Positions 47,681 to 56,563 of a stretch of DNA of 64,000 bases are shown in pieces. Origin of the DNA: an uncultured Verrucomicrobiae bacterium. GTDB taxonomy: Bacteria; Verrucomicrobiota; Verrucomicrobiia; Chthoniobacterales; JAFAMB01. The position numbers were made by a program, and so were the translations under genes. Within the stretch, counting starts at the first letter, position 1. Each line of letters opens with the position of its first letter. The notes below the pieces were generated by a model. It saw nothing but the letters and a program-made list of their open reading frames with translations, was not told the DNA's origin and did no database searches. The stretch lies in NCBI GenBank assembly GCA_963762565.1, contig CAVXLD010000010.1, forward strand, positions 224,001-288,000, read 5' to 3'.

Positions 47681-48874
47681 ATGATTCAAAGAGATTACCT
47701 GATCGTTGGAGGCGGGATCGGGGCGGCCAGTGCTTGCAACGCGTTGCGTCAATATGACCCAAAGGGTGCGGTAACCTTAGTTAGTAACGAGGCTTTTCTA
47801 CCCTACAATCGTCCTGAACTCTCCAAATCTGTCCTGAAGAACGGTAGCCCGTCGGTCGAGAGACTCGCCGACCATTCCGAGGATTGGTACCGAAAACGGA
47901 ATATTGAGCTGCGGCTGGGCACCATCGTCCGCGAATTCAATATTGAGCGGCGTCTGGCAGTGATGGAAAACGGACAGGCGATCGAATTTCGAAAAGCGTG
48001 TTTAGCCACTGGGAGCCGGCCCCGGAGGCCCCAGGTCGCCGGCGCTACGCTAGGCAACGTCGTATACCTACGGACCTATCGCGATGTGCTGGCCGTTCGC
48101 GAGATTCTCGCCTCGGAAAAACATGTTGTTGTTGTCGGCTCAGGCTATCTGGGAGCCGAGGTGACTTCGTCGCTCATCGGCTCCGGGGCGAAACTGACGC
48201 TCCTTAGTCGCGACAAATCTGTCTGGCAGGATCTGCTGGATCCGGAGACTTCACGCTGGTTGACCGATCTTTTTGCAGAAGACGGTGTTCAATTGATGCT
48301 GAACGAAAACCTGAACGGTTTCGAAGGTAAGACCGTCGTCCGGAACATCCAGACTAAGAGCGGTATTCGTTTTCCAGCTGGACTGGCAATAGTCGTGATC
48401 GGCACGGAGCCGAATCTACAGTTGGTCTTAAATACCCCGCTCAGCAGCCCAGGCGGGTGCCCTGTTAACGAATACCTCGAGAGCGACGAAAAAGGCATTT
48501 ATGCCGTCGGCGACATCGCCCTTTATCCAGACCGTATTTTTGGAGGCGCCAGACGGGAGACCAGCTGCGAAATGGCAAAGCTTCAAGGAGCCACAGCGGG
48601 TGCGAACATGACGGGTCGAAAACGCCAAAAGTTCGACGTTATCCCGGTCTCCTCTGCCGTTGTGCTAGGTATGCATTTCGATCTGGTCGGCGACTTTGCC
48701 ATAGCTCATCTCGACGGAGAGATCGAAGGTTCACGCGAGAAGAAGAATTTTATTGCCCGTTACCACCGAGGCGAAAGTTTGGTGGCAGCTGTGTTGTGCA
48801 ATCGAAAACCGGAAGAGGTGAGCAAACTCCAGGAAGAAATCCGGGTCAGTATGCAGTCCAGGCTCAAGAAGTAA
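47681..48874 (+). CDS. FAD-dependent pyridine nucleotide oxidoreductase (ferredoxin reductase-like)
   Basis: IVGGGIGA, PYNRPELSK, LATGS, VVGSGYLGAE, IYAVGD. Confidence 0.9.
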   Translation: MIQRDYLIVGGGIGAASACNALRQYDPKGAVTLVSNEAFLPYNRPELSKSVLKNGSPSVERLADHSEDWYRKRNIELRLGTIVREFNIERRLAVMENGQAIEFRKACLATGSRPRRPQVAGATLGNVVYLRTYRDVLAVREILASEKHVVVVGSGYLGAEVTSSLIGSGAKLTLLSRDKSVWQDLLDPETSRWLTDLFAEDGVQLMLNENLNGFEGKTVVRNIQTKSGIRFPAGLAIVVIGTEPNLQLVLNTPLSSPGGCPVNEYLESDEKGIYAVGDIALYPDRIFGGARRETSCEMAKLQGATAGANMTGRKRQKFDVIPVSSAVVLGMHFDLVGDFAIAHLDGEIEGSREKKNFIARYHRGESLVAAVLCNRKPEEVSKLQEEIRVSMQSRLKK

Positions 48875-48919
48875 CGCCGTCAGCGCCGGGAACGTCGACA
48901 ACGCCGGGAAAGGGAACCT

Positions 48920-49161
48920 GGTGGGGCGAGGCTCCCGAAAGACCTACAGGGATAATCGGAGGCAATAAGATGACTCGACGCCGCAAAGCGATAATAGGCC
49001 GGAAATCCCGCCGAGCCGTTGTCGCCTGATGTGCCACCTTTTAGGCCTGGCCACACCATAGACCTGCGGCTCGGCGGCGCAGCCACCTTGTGCGCGTCGG
49101 GCTGAAATAAATCAGCAGGCTTTGTGAAAACACGGTCGTAGTTCGGGAGCCTCGCCCCACC
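48920..49161. repeat. Family A split-REP element
   Basis: Arms 48920-35 and 49146-61; inner GCCGAGCCG 49010-18 and CGGCTCGGC 49067-75. Confidence 0.9.
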
Positions 49162-49202
49162 AATGTTTGCCGGCCCTACCGGCGCTATTGGCATTGACGG
49201 CG

Positions 49203-50102
49203 TTAAAAGACCAGGGGCACGCCTTCGTCCATGATCTTCACGGAGTGCTCCAATTTGTGACGGGAGATTTCCTCCTTGAGTCTTTGGACGGGCTCTTCCA
49301 CCGGTTCGTAGCTGAGCCTGAATGAACCGTAGTGCATCGGTATCATGTACTTCGCTTTGAGTTCCTTGAAGGCGCGAACCGCCTGTTCCGGATTCATGTG
49401 AACTTCGCGTTTCGTGGGCGGCTCATACGCGCCGATCGGTAAGAGCGCTATCTCGGTCGGCAAGTTCTCGCCGATTTGGCTGAACCCGTCGAAATAGGCG
49501 CTATCGCCGCAATGAAAAATTGAGCGTGATCCGAGGCGGACATGAAAACCTCCAAACCCTCGATACCGATCGTGGAGAACTCTTGCTCCCCAATGAAGGC
49601 AAGGAGTGAGTGTGACGTGGATATCGCCGACCGAAAGTGATTCCCAGGGTTGCATCTCGTGTACTCGGTTAAACCCGAGACCTTCTACGAGCGTGCCGAC
49701 ACCCTCAGGTACAATAATTGGCTGCGCCGCGGCGACTCTGCGCAAGGTTCTCCGATCCAAATGATCGAAATGGGCATGAGTTACCAGGACCAGATCGATA
49801 TCTGGAAGATGGTCTAACCGAATCCCTGGATGCCGGAGCCGTTTGATCACCTTCAACCAAAGAGACCAGATTGGATCGATCAAAATATTCAGACCACGCC
49901 AGCTGATTAAAAACGAGGCATGGCCGATCCAGGTCAGACAAACTTGGTCGGCCGATAAGATTGGGAACAGGGGGCGCAAGGCTCTACCGCGACGGCGGAC
50001 AAACAACGACGGCAGATAAATCTCGGTAATGAAATTTCTACGCAACCAACCTTTACCGGGTCGAAGACTGACCGGCCGGCCTATTAATCTCTTTGAGACC
50101 AT
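49203..50102 (-). CDS. MBL-fold metallo-hydrolase (NAPE-PLD/RomA-like)
   Basis: TWIGHASF, THAHFDHLD, FHCGDSAY, LPIGAY, PMHYGSF. Confidence 0.9.
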   Translation of the reverse strand: MVSKRLIGRPVSLRPGKGWLRRNFITEIYLPSLFVRRRGRALRPLFPILSADQVCLTWIGHASFLISWRGLNILIDPIWSLWLKVIKRLRHPGIRLDHLPDIDLVLVTHAHFDHLDRRTLRRVAAAQPIIVPEGVGTLVEGLGFNRVHEMQPWESLSVGDIHVTLTPCLHWGARVLHDRYRGFGGFHVRLGSRSIFHCGDSAYFDGFSQIGENLPTEIALLPIGAYEPPTKREVHMNPEQAVRAFKELKAKYMIPMHYGSFRLSYEPVEEPVQRLKEEISRHKLEHSVKIMDEGVPLVF

Positions 50103-50131
50103 GCGTCTTGCGGTGCTGGCGCTTCCGTCCC

Positions 50132-50446
50132 GGGAGGGCGCGCTGCCTGTCCGACGTAGCCCGTGCTCCCGCGTTTGTTCCTCGTTTGGCCCAGCGAAGT
50201 CGGATCCTCGCGCGCCGCGAAAACGGTCCCGGCCTTGAAATATAGTTTATTCGCTCGATATGAAAAAACCTTGGACTCCGCGAACCATGGATCGCGAGGA
50301 CGCGATCCCTCCCGGTCTTTGGGTAGCTCATCAGCGTCCCCGCGTGCCGCTAAAACCGGTCCCCGCCTTGAAATATAATTTATTCGCTCGATATGAGAAA
50401 ACCTCGAACTCTGCGAACCACGGATCGCGAGGACGCGATCCCTCCC
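50132..50446. repeat. Tandem pair of family I REPINs (~133-bp duplication)
   Basis: GGATCGCGAGGACGCGATCCCTCCC at 50289-313 and 50422-446, each preceded by a similar 72/73-nt spacer (gccttgaaatata.tttattcgctcgatatga). Confidence 0.88.
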
Positions 50447-50459
50447 CGTCCGGGGTTCA

Positions 50460-50849
50460 TTAGCCATCGTTTCGCGGGACGCGAAGTTCAAAACGGGGAA
50501 TCCGAGCAACAAAAGGTTCACCACCCTCACCTATACCCAAAAAAGCGCCTTCGGCGACGCTATCCTCTGCAATAACATGATAACTGTTGTAGCTGAATTT
50601 TTCTCCTGGCTGGAGCCGGGGAAACTCACCTACAACGCCATCCCCTTCAACGACCAGCTTGCCACCATGAGAATCGGTTACAACCCATTTTCGTCCACGG
50701 ATCGTCACGTTTTCGGGCGAATCATTACGAATTGTAATAAAGTACACAAAAGGATACGGACGATCCGGGGGAGCTTCCAATGTCGGCACATAGACGACTT
50801 TATCAATCGTGACCCTTACCTCGGACAGTTCGCGGAACGCGTTGCTCAT
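50460..50849 (-). CDS. apaG: ApaG domain protein
   Basis: FVYFITIRN, RKWVVTD, VEGDGVVGEFPRL.PGE.FSYNS. Confidence 0.9.
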   Translation of the reverse strand: MSNAFRELSEVRVTIDKVVYVPTLEAPPDRPYPFVYFITIRNDSPENVTIRGRKWVVTDSHGGKLVVEGDGVVGEFPRLQPGEKFSYNSYHVIAEDSVAEGAFLGIGEGGEPFVARIPRFELRVPRNDG

Positions 50850-50883
50850 GGTTAATTTACCAGCCCGTTAAGAGAGTTATTTC

Positions 50884-51684
50884 ATGGAGCCACCGCCTGT
50901 AGTCGTTACCATCGCCGGATCGGATAGCTCAGCCGGAGCCGGAATCCAGGCTGATCTAAAGACATTTACTTATTTCCGCGTATTTGGCCAGAGCGTCGTA
51001 ACCTGCATTGTAGCGGAGGTTCCGGGAAGGGTACAAAGGATCGAACCAGTCAGCGCTGAAGCCGTGCAGGACCAGCTCAGGCTAAGCCTGGAATATTTCC
51101 CGGTGAGCGCGATCAAGACCGGGATGCTGTACTCAAAGGAAATCATCAGCGCCGTGTGCGAGACCCTGGAGGAAATTCCCTCTAAAGTAAGACCGGCATT
51201 GGTAGTCGACCCCGTTATGGTAGCGTCCTCGGGCGATTCACTATTGCAGAAGGATGCTTTGGAGATCTATCGGAACCGTCTATTTCCTTTGGCCACGGTT
51301 GTTACTCCTAACCGTGACGAGACTGCGATTATTCACGGACGTACCGTTGAGACGGTAACGGAATTAGAAGCAATCGGCCCAGAATTGGTTCAACGCTACG
51401 GAACCGCATTCCTGCTGAAAGGAGGTCACTGGCCAGGTGATTTAGCGATCGACTATCTTGCGACGCAAGCTGGTATCACGCGCTTAGCCGAACCATTTGT
51501 CGCCGCCAAATCCACACACGGAACTGGCTGCACCTTATCAGCTGCGCTCGCAGCCGGTCTGGCTCTGGGTGACACTTTGCCGGCCGCAGCTCGCCGGGCG
51601 AAAACGTTCGTCACGCGGGCCATTGCCGAATCAATGACCTGGTCCGGCCAGCATGGTCAGGTTATGGCGCTCAAGCATTGGTGA
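50884..51684 (+). CDS. thiD: Hydroxymethylpyrimidine/phosphomethylpyrimidine kinase
   Basis: TIAGSDSSAGAGIQADLK, IKTGML, VDPVMV, KGGH, THGTGCT. Confidence 0.95.
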   Translation: MEPPPVVVTIAGSDSSAGAGIQADLKTFTYFRVFGQSVVTCIVAEVPGRVQRIEPVSAEAVQDQLRLSLEYFPVSAIKTGMLYSKEIISAVCETLEEIPSKVRPALVVDPVMVASSGDSLLQKDALEIYRNRLFPLATVVTPNRDETAIIHGRTVETVTELEAIGPELVQRYGTAFLLKGGHWPGDLAIDYLATQAGITRLAEPFVAAKSTHGTGCTLSAALAAGLALGDTLPAAARRAKTFVTRAIAESMTWSGQHGQVMALKHW

Positions 51685-51687
51685 GGA

Positions 51688-51918
51688 CGTGGAGCGCTGC
51701 CTCGCTTGCGAGGCCGTAAGGGGTCGCCACCCGTGGAGCGCTGCCTCGCTTGCGAGGCCGTGGTGAACAAGGATGATATGGTGCGCTAGGCGTATCGTCG
51801 GCTGCGCTCTGCAACGTGAAGAGGCACAAGTCCCAAGACAGAGCGATGACCGAAAAAGGTTTGCATCAATAAGTCGCTTTGTTCACCACGGCCTCGCAAG
51901 CGAGGCAGCGCTCCACGG
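51688..51918. repeat. GTGG-type REP triplet / REPIN
   Basis: CGTGGAGCGCTGCCTCGCTTGCGAGGCCGT at 51688 and 51732; perfect 40-bp IR 51731-70/51879-918. Confidence 0.88.
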
Positions 51919-52015
51919 TCTCCGACCGCCACAAATCACAAAGTACTTCTCATTTGCCCGCCAATTCTTCCCACCTTGTTTTGTCGCCCGGCCCTCATAT
52001 ACTGCAAACACCCCC

Positions 52016-53281
52016 ATGTCTAAGAAACTACTCTGGTTAGGATTACTGGCGCTAAGCACCTTCGGCGCCAATCACGTTCAAGGAAAGACCCAACTCATTA
52101 TTGAGAGCTGGCGTAGCGACGATCTTAAGATCTGGCGAGATACGATTATCCCTGCATTTACTAAGCAGCACCCCGATATCGAGGTCGTCTATTCGCCCAC
52201 TCCCCCAACAGAATATAACGCGGTTCTAGATTCAAAACTCAAGGCAGGAACTGCCGGCGATTTGATCGCCTGCCGGCCGTTCGACAAATCGCTGGATATG
52301 TATAACGCTAGCCAACTCGTTGCGCTCAATGATCTGCCGGGCATGGACAATTACTCGAAATTCGCCTTGGCTGCTTGGTCGACCGACAACGGCAAAACTT
52401 CTTTCGCCGTGCCGATGGCATCCGTGATCCACGGGTTTATCTATAACAAAGCAATTTTTAAGGAACTCGCCTTGAGTATCCCCAAGACAGAAAAAGAATT
52501 TCTAGCCGTCTTGGACAAAATTAAGGCTAATGGCAAATACAGCCCGCTGGTGATGGGAACCAAGGATCAGTGGGAATCCGCCACCATGGGCTACCAAAAC
52601 ATCGGACCCACGTTGTGGGACGGTGAAACCGGCCGCAAAGCCTTGATCGATGGTTCCGCCCAATACAACAAAGGCGGCTTTTTGGCAGCGTTCGAAGCCT
52701 TGGCCAAATGGAAGCCTTACCTGGCGCCCGGATATCAAGCTTTAGCCTACTCGGATGCGCAGAATCTATTCGCTCAAGGCCGTGGAGCTATCTATCCGGC
52801 GGGCTCGTGGGATATTGCTGTGTTCCGCCAGATGAATCCAAAATTGGATTTTGGCGCCTTCAAACCGTACTCGTTCGAAGGGAAGAGTGAGGTCGTGGTT
52901 GATCAACAACCTGACATCGCCTTAGGGCTGAATGCAGCCAGCAAAAACAAAGAGGCGGCCCGCACCTTCCTAGCCTGGGTGGCGACACCGGAATTTGCCG
53001 AACTATATGGCAACGCTTTGCCCGGATTCTTTCCGTTGGCCAACGGCACCTACACCCCCAAAGATCCTGTCGCTCAGGAATTCGCCAGTTGGCTTAAAGA
53101 GGGTCCAACTTCGTTCCGATGCTCGTACCAGATCCTCTCTCGCAATGCCAATCCGAACAACGAAAACGATCTTTGGAATGCATGTGCTCAGGTGTTAAAC
53201 GGCACTTATACTCCGCAACAAGCCGCGGATTTCGTACAGAAGGATCTAGCTTCCTGGTACAAACCACAGCAAGCGCGGTAA
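52016..53281 (+). CDS. Carbohydrate ABC transporter substrate-binding protein
   Basis: Signal peptide MSKKLLWLG; IESWRSDD, FIYNKAIF, AIYPAGSW; followed by two permeases. Confidence 0.9.
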   Translation: MSKKLLWLGLLALSTFGANHVQGKTQLIIESWRSDDLKIWRDTIIPAFTKQHPDIEVVYSPTPPTEYNAVLDSKLKAGTAGDLIACRPFDKSLDMYNASQLVALNDLPGMDNYSKFALAAWSTDNGKTSFAVPMASVIHGFIYNKAIFKELALSIPKTEKEFLAVLDKIKANGKYSPLVMGTKDQWESATMGYQNIGPTLWDGETGRKALIDGSAQYNKGGFLAAFEALAKWKPYLAPGYQALAYSDAQNLFAQGRGAIYPAGSWDIAVFRQMNPKLDFGAFKPYSFEGKSEVVVDQQPDIALGLNAASKNKEAARTFLAWVATPEFAELYGNALPGFFPLANGTYTPKDPVAQEFASWLKEGPTSFRCSYQILSRNANPNNENDLWNACAQVLNGTYTPQQAADFVQKDLASWYKPQQAR

Positions 53282-53283
53282 TA

Positions 53284-53487
53284 GCGAAACGGCGCACGGG
53301 CGAAACGGCGAGCGGGCGAGTCGGAGCCTTGCTGGTAGGGCGAGGCTCCGGAACGACCTGAACATTTTCGCGAAGATCAATCGCTCGACCCAATCGATCA
53401 ATGAGTTACGCCGAAATGCCGCCGAGCCGTCACCGAGCGCGTGCCATTGTTTCGCCGTTTCGCCCACTCGCCCATTCGCCGTTTCGA
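53284..53487. repeat. Half family A element (53334-53429) nested in GGCGAAAC octamer arms
   Basis: GGTAGGGCGAGGCTCC, 71 nt, GCCGAGCCG; outer cgaaacggcg.../...cgccgtttcg. Confidence 0.8.
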
Positions 53488-53514
53488 GAACTCATGCTGG
53501 CTAAGTAATACATA

Positions 53515-54450
53515 GTGCTCTCCAATCTCATGCGGAAACGCGGCTCTTTCCCTACCCACATCTTGGTTTTTCTGGGACCGGCGGTGTTGATCTATACCGC
53601 GTTCATGATTTATCCGCTCATTGACTCGCTTTGGCTGTCACTGAATAACAAGGCGGCCGGCGGCGGGCAGATCTTTGTCGGTATCCAGAACTATCTGACT
53701 CTGTTCAGCCAAGAAAAATGGTCGCATCCGTTTTTGAATGCGCTCCGGAACAACGCCCTATTTTTCGTCATTCACATGGTGGCGCAAAATCCCATTGGCC
53801 TGTTTCTGGCTGTGCTTCTAGCCAGACGAATCCGGGGAAGCGCTATTTATCGAACGATGATCTTTACTCCAACCATTCTCTCCGTGGTCATCGTCGGTTT
53901 TGTCTGGAAATTGATTTTAAATCCGGCTTGGGGCATCTCCCGAACAATGTTGGGTGCTGTCGGTTTGAGCGGCTTGGGAGACACCCCTTGGTTAGGCTTA
54001 GAGTCCACTACGTTAACCACTCTATCCCTGATCTCAGTCTGGCAGAACGTCGGAATCCCGATGATGCTGTTTCTGGCGGCGCTTATCCGAGTCCCGGATG
54101 ATCTGATGGAAGCAGCCCGAGTCGATGGGGCCGGCGGTTGGAAGATCTTTTGGCGAATCCAGTTTCCCTTGATTTTACCAACAGTCGGAATCGTCGCCGT
54201 GCTGACCTTTGTCGGAAACTTTAATGCCTTCGATTTAATCTACGCCACGCAAGGAGCGCTAGCCCCTCCGAACTTTGCCTCGGACATCCTAGGCACCTTT
54301 TTCTATCGGACCTTCTTCGGTTACCAATTACAGCCGGCTGACCCGTTTATGGGCGCCACCGTTGCCGGCATGATGCTGCTCATCATTCTGGTCGGGGTAC
54401 TGATTTACCTGTTTGGCTGGCAACGCCGTCTGCAACAAATCCAGTTTTAG
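53515..54450 (+). CDS. Carbohydrate ABC transporter permease
   Basis: EAARVDGAGGWKIFWRIQFPL EAA loop; multiple TMs. Confidence 0.92.
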   Translation: MLSNLMRKRGSFPTHILVFLGPAVLIYTAFMIYPLIDSLWLSLNNKAAGGGQIFVGIQNYLTLFSQEKWSHPFLNALRNNALFFVIHMVAQNPIGLFLAVLLARRIRGSAIYRTMIFTPTILSVVIVGFVWKLILNPAWGISRTMLGAVGLSGLGDTPWLGLESTTLTTLSLISVWQNVGIPMMLFLAALIRVPDDLMEAARVDGAGGWKIFWRIQFPLILPTVGIVAVLTFVGNFNAFDLIYATQGALAPPNFASDILGTFFYRTFFGYQLQPADPFMGATVAGMMLLIILVGVLIYLFGWQRRLQQIQF

Positions 54451-54460
54451 ATCAACCATC

Positions 54461-55288
54461 GTGCAATCGAAGTTTTGGCCAACCGTCGGGACGCATGCCG
54501 CGCTGCTTGCCTACTCAGCACTAGCGCTGTTCCCGGTCTTGTTGATCATGATGAACTCGTTCAAAGATCGGCTATCGATCTTTGGCGCCCCATTTGCCTT
54601 TCCTACACCAGACACTTTTACCTTAGACGGCTATCAAACATTAGGTTCAAGCGCTCATTTTGAACTCTATTTTCTCAATAGTTTCTTCGTCACCGCAAGC
54701 TCGCTGTTATTGATCCTGATTGTCAGCTCGATGGCTGCGTTCGCGCTCGCCGAGTACAAGTTCAGGTTCAACCTGATGACCTCTCTCTACCTCTCGATCG
54801 GGATCATGGTGCCGATCCGCTTAGGCACCGTGGGTATTCTCCAGCTGATCGTCTTCCTGCATCTGGTTAACACTCTTTGGTGTCTAATCCTGATCTACAC
54901 AGCCCAAGGCATCCCGCTGGCGATTTTCGTCCTGACGACCTTCATGCGGCAGGTGCCTCGTGATCTTAAAGACGCAGCCCGGATCGATGGCGCTAGCGAA
55001 TACCGGATCTACTTGCTGATCCTGCCTTTGGTACGACCGGCTCTCGGGTCCGTCCTAGCGATTTCCATGCTGCCGATCTGGAACGATCTTTGGTTCCCAC
55101 TCATCTTGGCGCCCGGCGAAGCGACCAAGACCCTAGTCCTCGGAGCCCAAACTTTCTTGGGCGAATTCCAGAACGACTATGGCGCGGTGTTAGCAGCGCT
55201 GACTTTGGCGATCTTGCCTCCGGTCTTGCTCTACGCGATCTTCGCGCGCCAATTGATCCGCGGCATTACCGCCGGTGCGGTGAAGTGA
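54461..55288 (+). CDS. Carbohydrate ABC transporter permease
   Basis: DAARIDGASEYRIY, WNDLWFPL. Confidence 0.92.
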   Translation: MQSKFWPTVGTHAALLAYSALALFPVLLIMMNSFKDRLSIFGAPFAFPTPDTFTLDGYQTLGSSAHFELYFLNSFFVTASSLLLILIVSSMAAFALAEYKFRFNLMTSLYLSIGIMVPIRLGTVGILQLIVFLHLVNTLWCLILIYTAQGIPLAIFVLTTFMRQVPRDLKDAARIDGASEYRIYLLILPLVRPALGSVLAISMLPIWNDLWFPLILAPGEATKTLVLGAQTFLGEFQNDYGAVLAALTLAILPPVLLYAIFARQLIRGITAGAVK

Positions 55289-55359
55289 GGACGTGAAAGG
55301 TGATTAGTGATTGGTGATTGGATGGCAGCGGCGGTCGAATTGAATTTAGGCCCAGCACG

Positions 55360-55481
55360 GGGAGGGATCGCGTCCTCGCGATCCGTTTTCTACGAAGCCG
55401 GGCACGTGCTGTAACCGCGGACGAAATTACGCCTTTGGGTTCTGGCACGTCCTCGCAGCGCGCGGGGACGCGCGCCCTCCC
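55360..55481. repeat. Family I REPIN doublet, inverted relative to 47372
   Basis: GGGAGGGATCGCGTCCTCGCGATCC 55360-84, 72 nt, AGCGCGCGGGGACGCGCGCCCTCCC 55457-81; preceded by GGTGATT heptamers. Confidence 0.88.
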
Positions 55482-55555
55482 GGCTTGCCGTGCCGGAATC
55501 ACGCGACTCCCAGTATTGACGTTTATCGCCAACGAGCGCATGAGAGATACCGGCT

Positions 55556-56530
55556 ATGCGCGTAGGAATAATCGGTACCGGAACCATGGGCGAAGTGCAT
55601 GCTGCGGCCTGGCAATCCGCAGGCGCGGAGTTGACTGGTTGTTTCTCATCAAATCCGGCACAGGCGGAAGAGTTCGCAAAGCGTTACCAAACCCAGGCCT
55701 TTGCCAGCTACTCTGAACTCCTCAACAGCGCAGACATTATAGACGTTTGTACGCCGACTACGCTACATAAACCAATGGTGTTAGCCGCGGCTAAAGCCGG
55801 CAAACACGTGGTCTGTGAGAAACCGATCGCTCTCACCATTGGAGACGCGCAAGCCATGATCGACGCCTGCCGAGGCGTCCGCTTTTTTGTCGGCATGGTG
55901 CTGCGTTTTTTTCCACAATATCGGGCGGCTAAAGAGTCTGTGGTGGCGGGGCGGATTGGTAAGCCTGCTGTTCTGCGACTCAAGCGGGTTAGTTACGTAC
56001 CGCAAAAACCGCCAGACGACTGGTACTTCAACGAAGCAATCTCCGGCGGAATGGTCATAGACCTCATGATTCATGATTTCGACTATGTCCGATGGCTAGC
56101 TGGTGAGGTCGAACGCGTTTATGCGTTAAGGAGTTCAACTGCGGAAGGGCCTCGCCAGTATGTGCAAGCCATTCTCCGGATGCGAAGCGGCGCGATCGCT
56201 CTGATTGAGGGGGGGTGGGCAAACCCACCCGGGGTTTTTCGAACTTCGCTCGATCTGTCGGGTACGGAGGGTTTGATCGAATGGAGCTCCGATGAGCCGT
56301 CTCCCCTGCTTACCTTGTTTCCGCCAAAACCGGGAGAGACCGCTTCGGTTGGCTTGCCAATAGCCGGTTTAACTGATGACCCTTATACGGCGGAACTCCG
56401 GCATGCGTATCACTGCATCCAAAGCGGTGCTCCGTTCGAGGTCACCGCTGAAGACGCTCTGGAAGCACTCCGGATTGGTTTGGCGGTCAAGGAATCGCTG
56501 ACGAAAGGCAAGCCGGCTAGGTTAGTATGA
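55556..56530 (+). CDS. Gfo/Idh/MocA oxidoreductase
   Basis: GIIGTGTMG, CEKPIA, GGMVIDLMIHDFD. Confidence 0.92.
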   Translation: MRVGIIGTGTMGEVHAAAWQSAGAELTGCFSSNPAQAEEFAKRYQTQAFASYSELLNSADIIDVCTPTTLHKPMVLAAAKAGKHVVCEKPIALTIGDAQAMIDACRGVRFFVGMVLRFFPQYRAAKESVVAGRIGKPAVLRLKRVSYVPQKPPDDWYFNEAISGGMVIDLMIHDFDYVRWLAGEVERVYALRSSTAEGPRQYVQAILRMRSGAIALIEGGWANPPGVFRTSLDLSGTEGLIEWSSDEPSPLLTLFPPKPGETASVGLPIAGLTDDPYTAELRHAYHCIQSGAPFEVTAEDALEALRIGLAVKESLTKGKPARLV

Positions 56531-56563
56531 GCCTATAGAGTGCTGAACCAGTTTCCTAACCCT

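Noticed and set aside
47307..47681. Short ORFs over repeat elements (e.g. 47307, 48880, 50084, 55318, 15392, 43689)
   Set aside because: They are translations of REP arms (GRDRVLAIR, SFGSLAPP, RRLRRF) with no protein-family signal.
50132..50446. CRISPR array (25-bp repeats with regular spacing)
   Set aside because: Only two direct copies, the spacers are homologous to each other, copies elsewhere are inverted and dispersed, and there are no cas genes; this is REPIN-like.
51773..52015. Long N-terminal extensions in the ORF track (51773, 2585, 21908, 10191, 25389, 25337)
   Set aside because: They run through repeat elements or neighbouring genes; family motifs and signal peptides begin at downstream starts.
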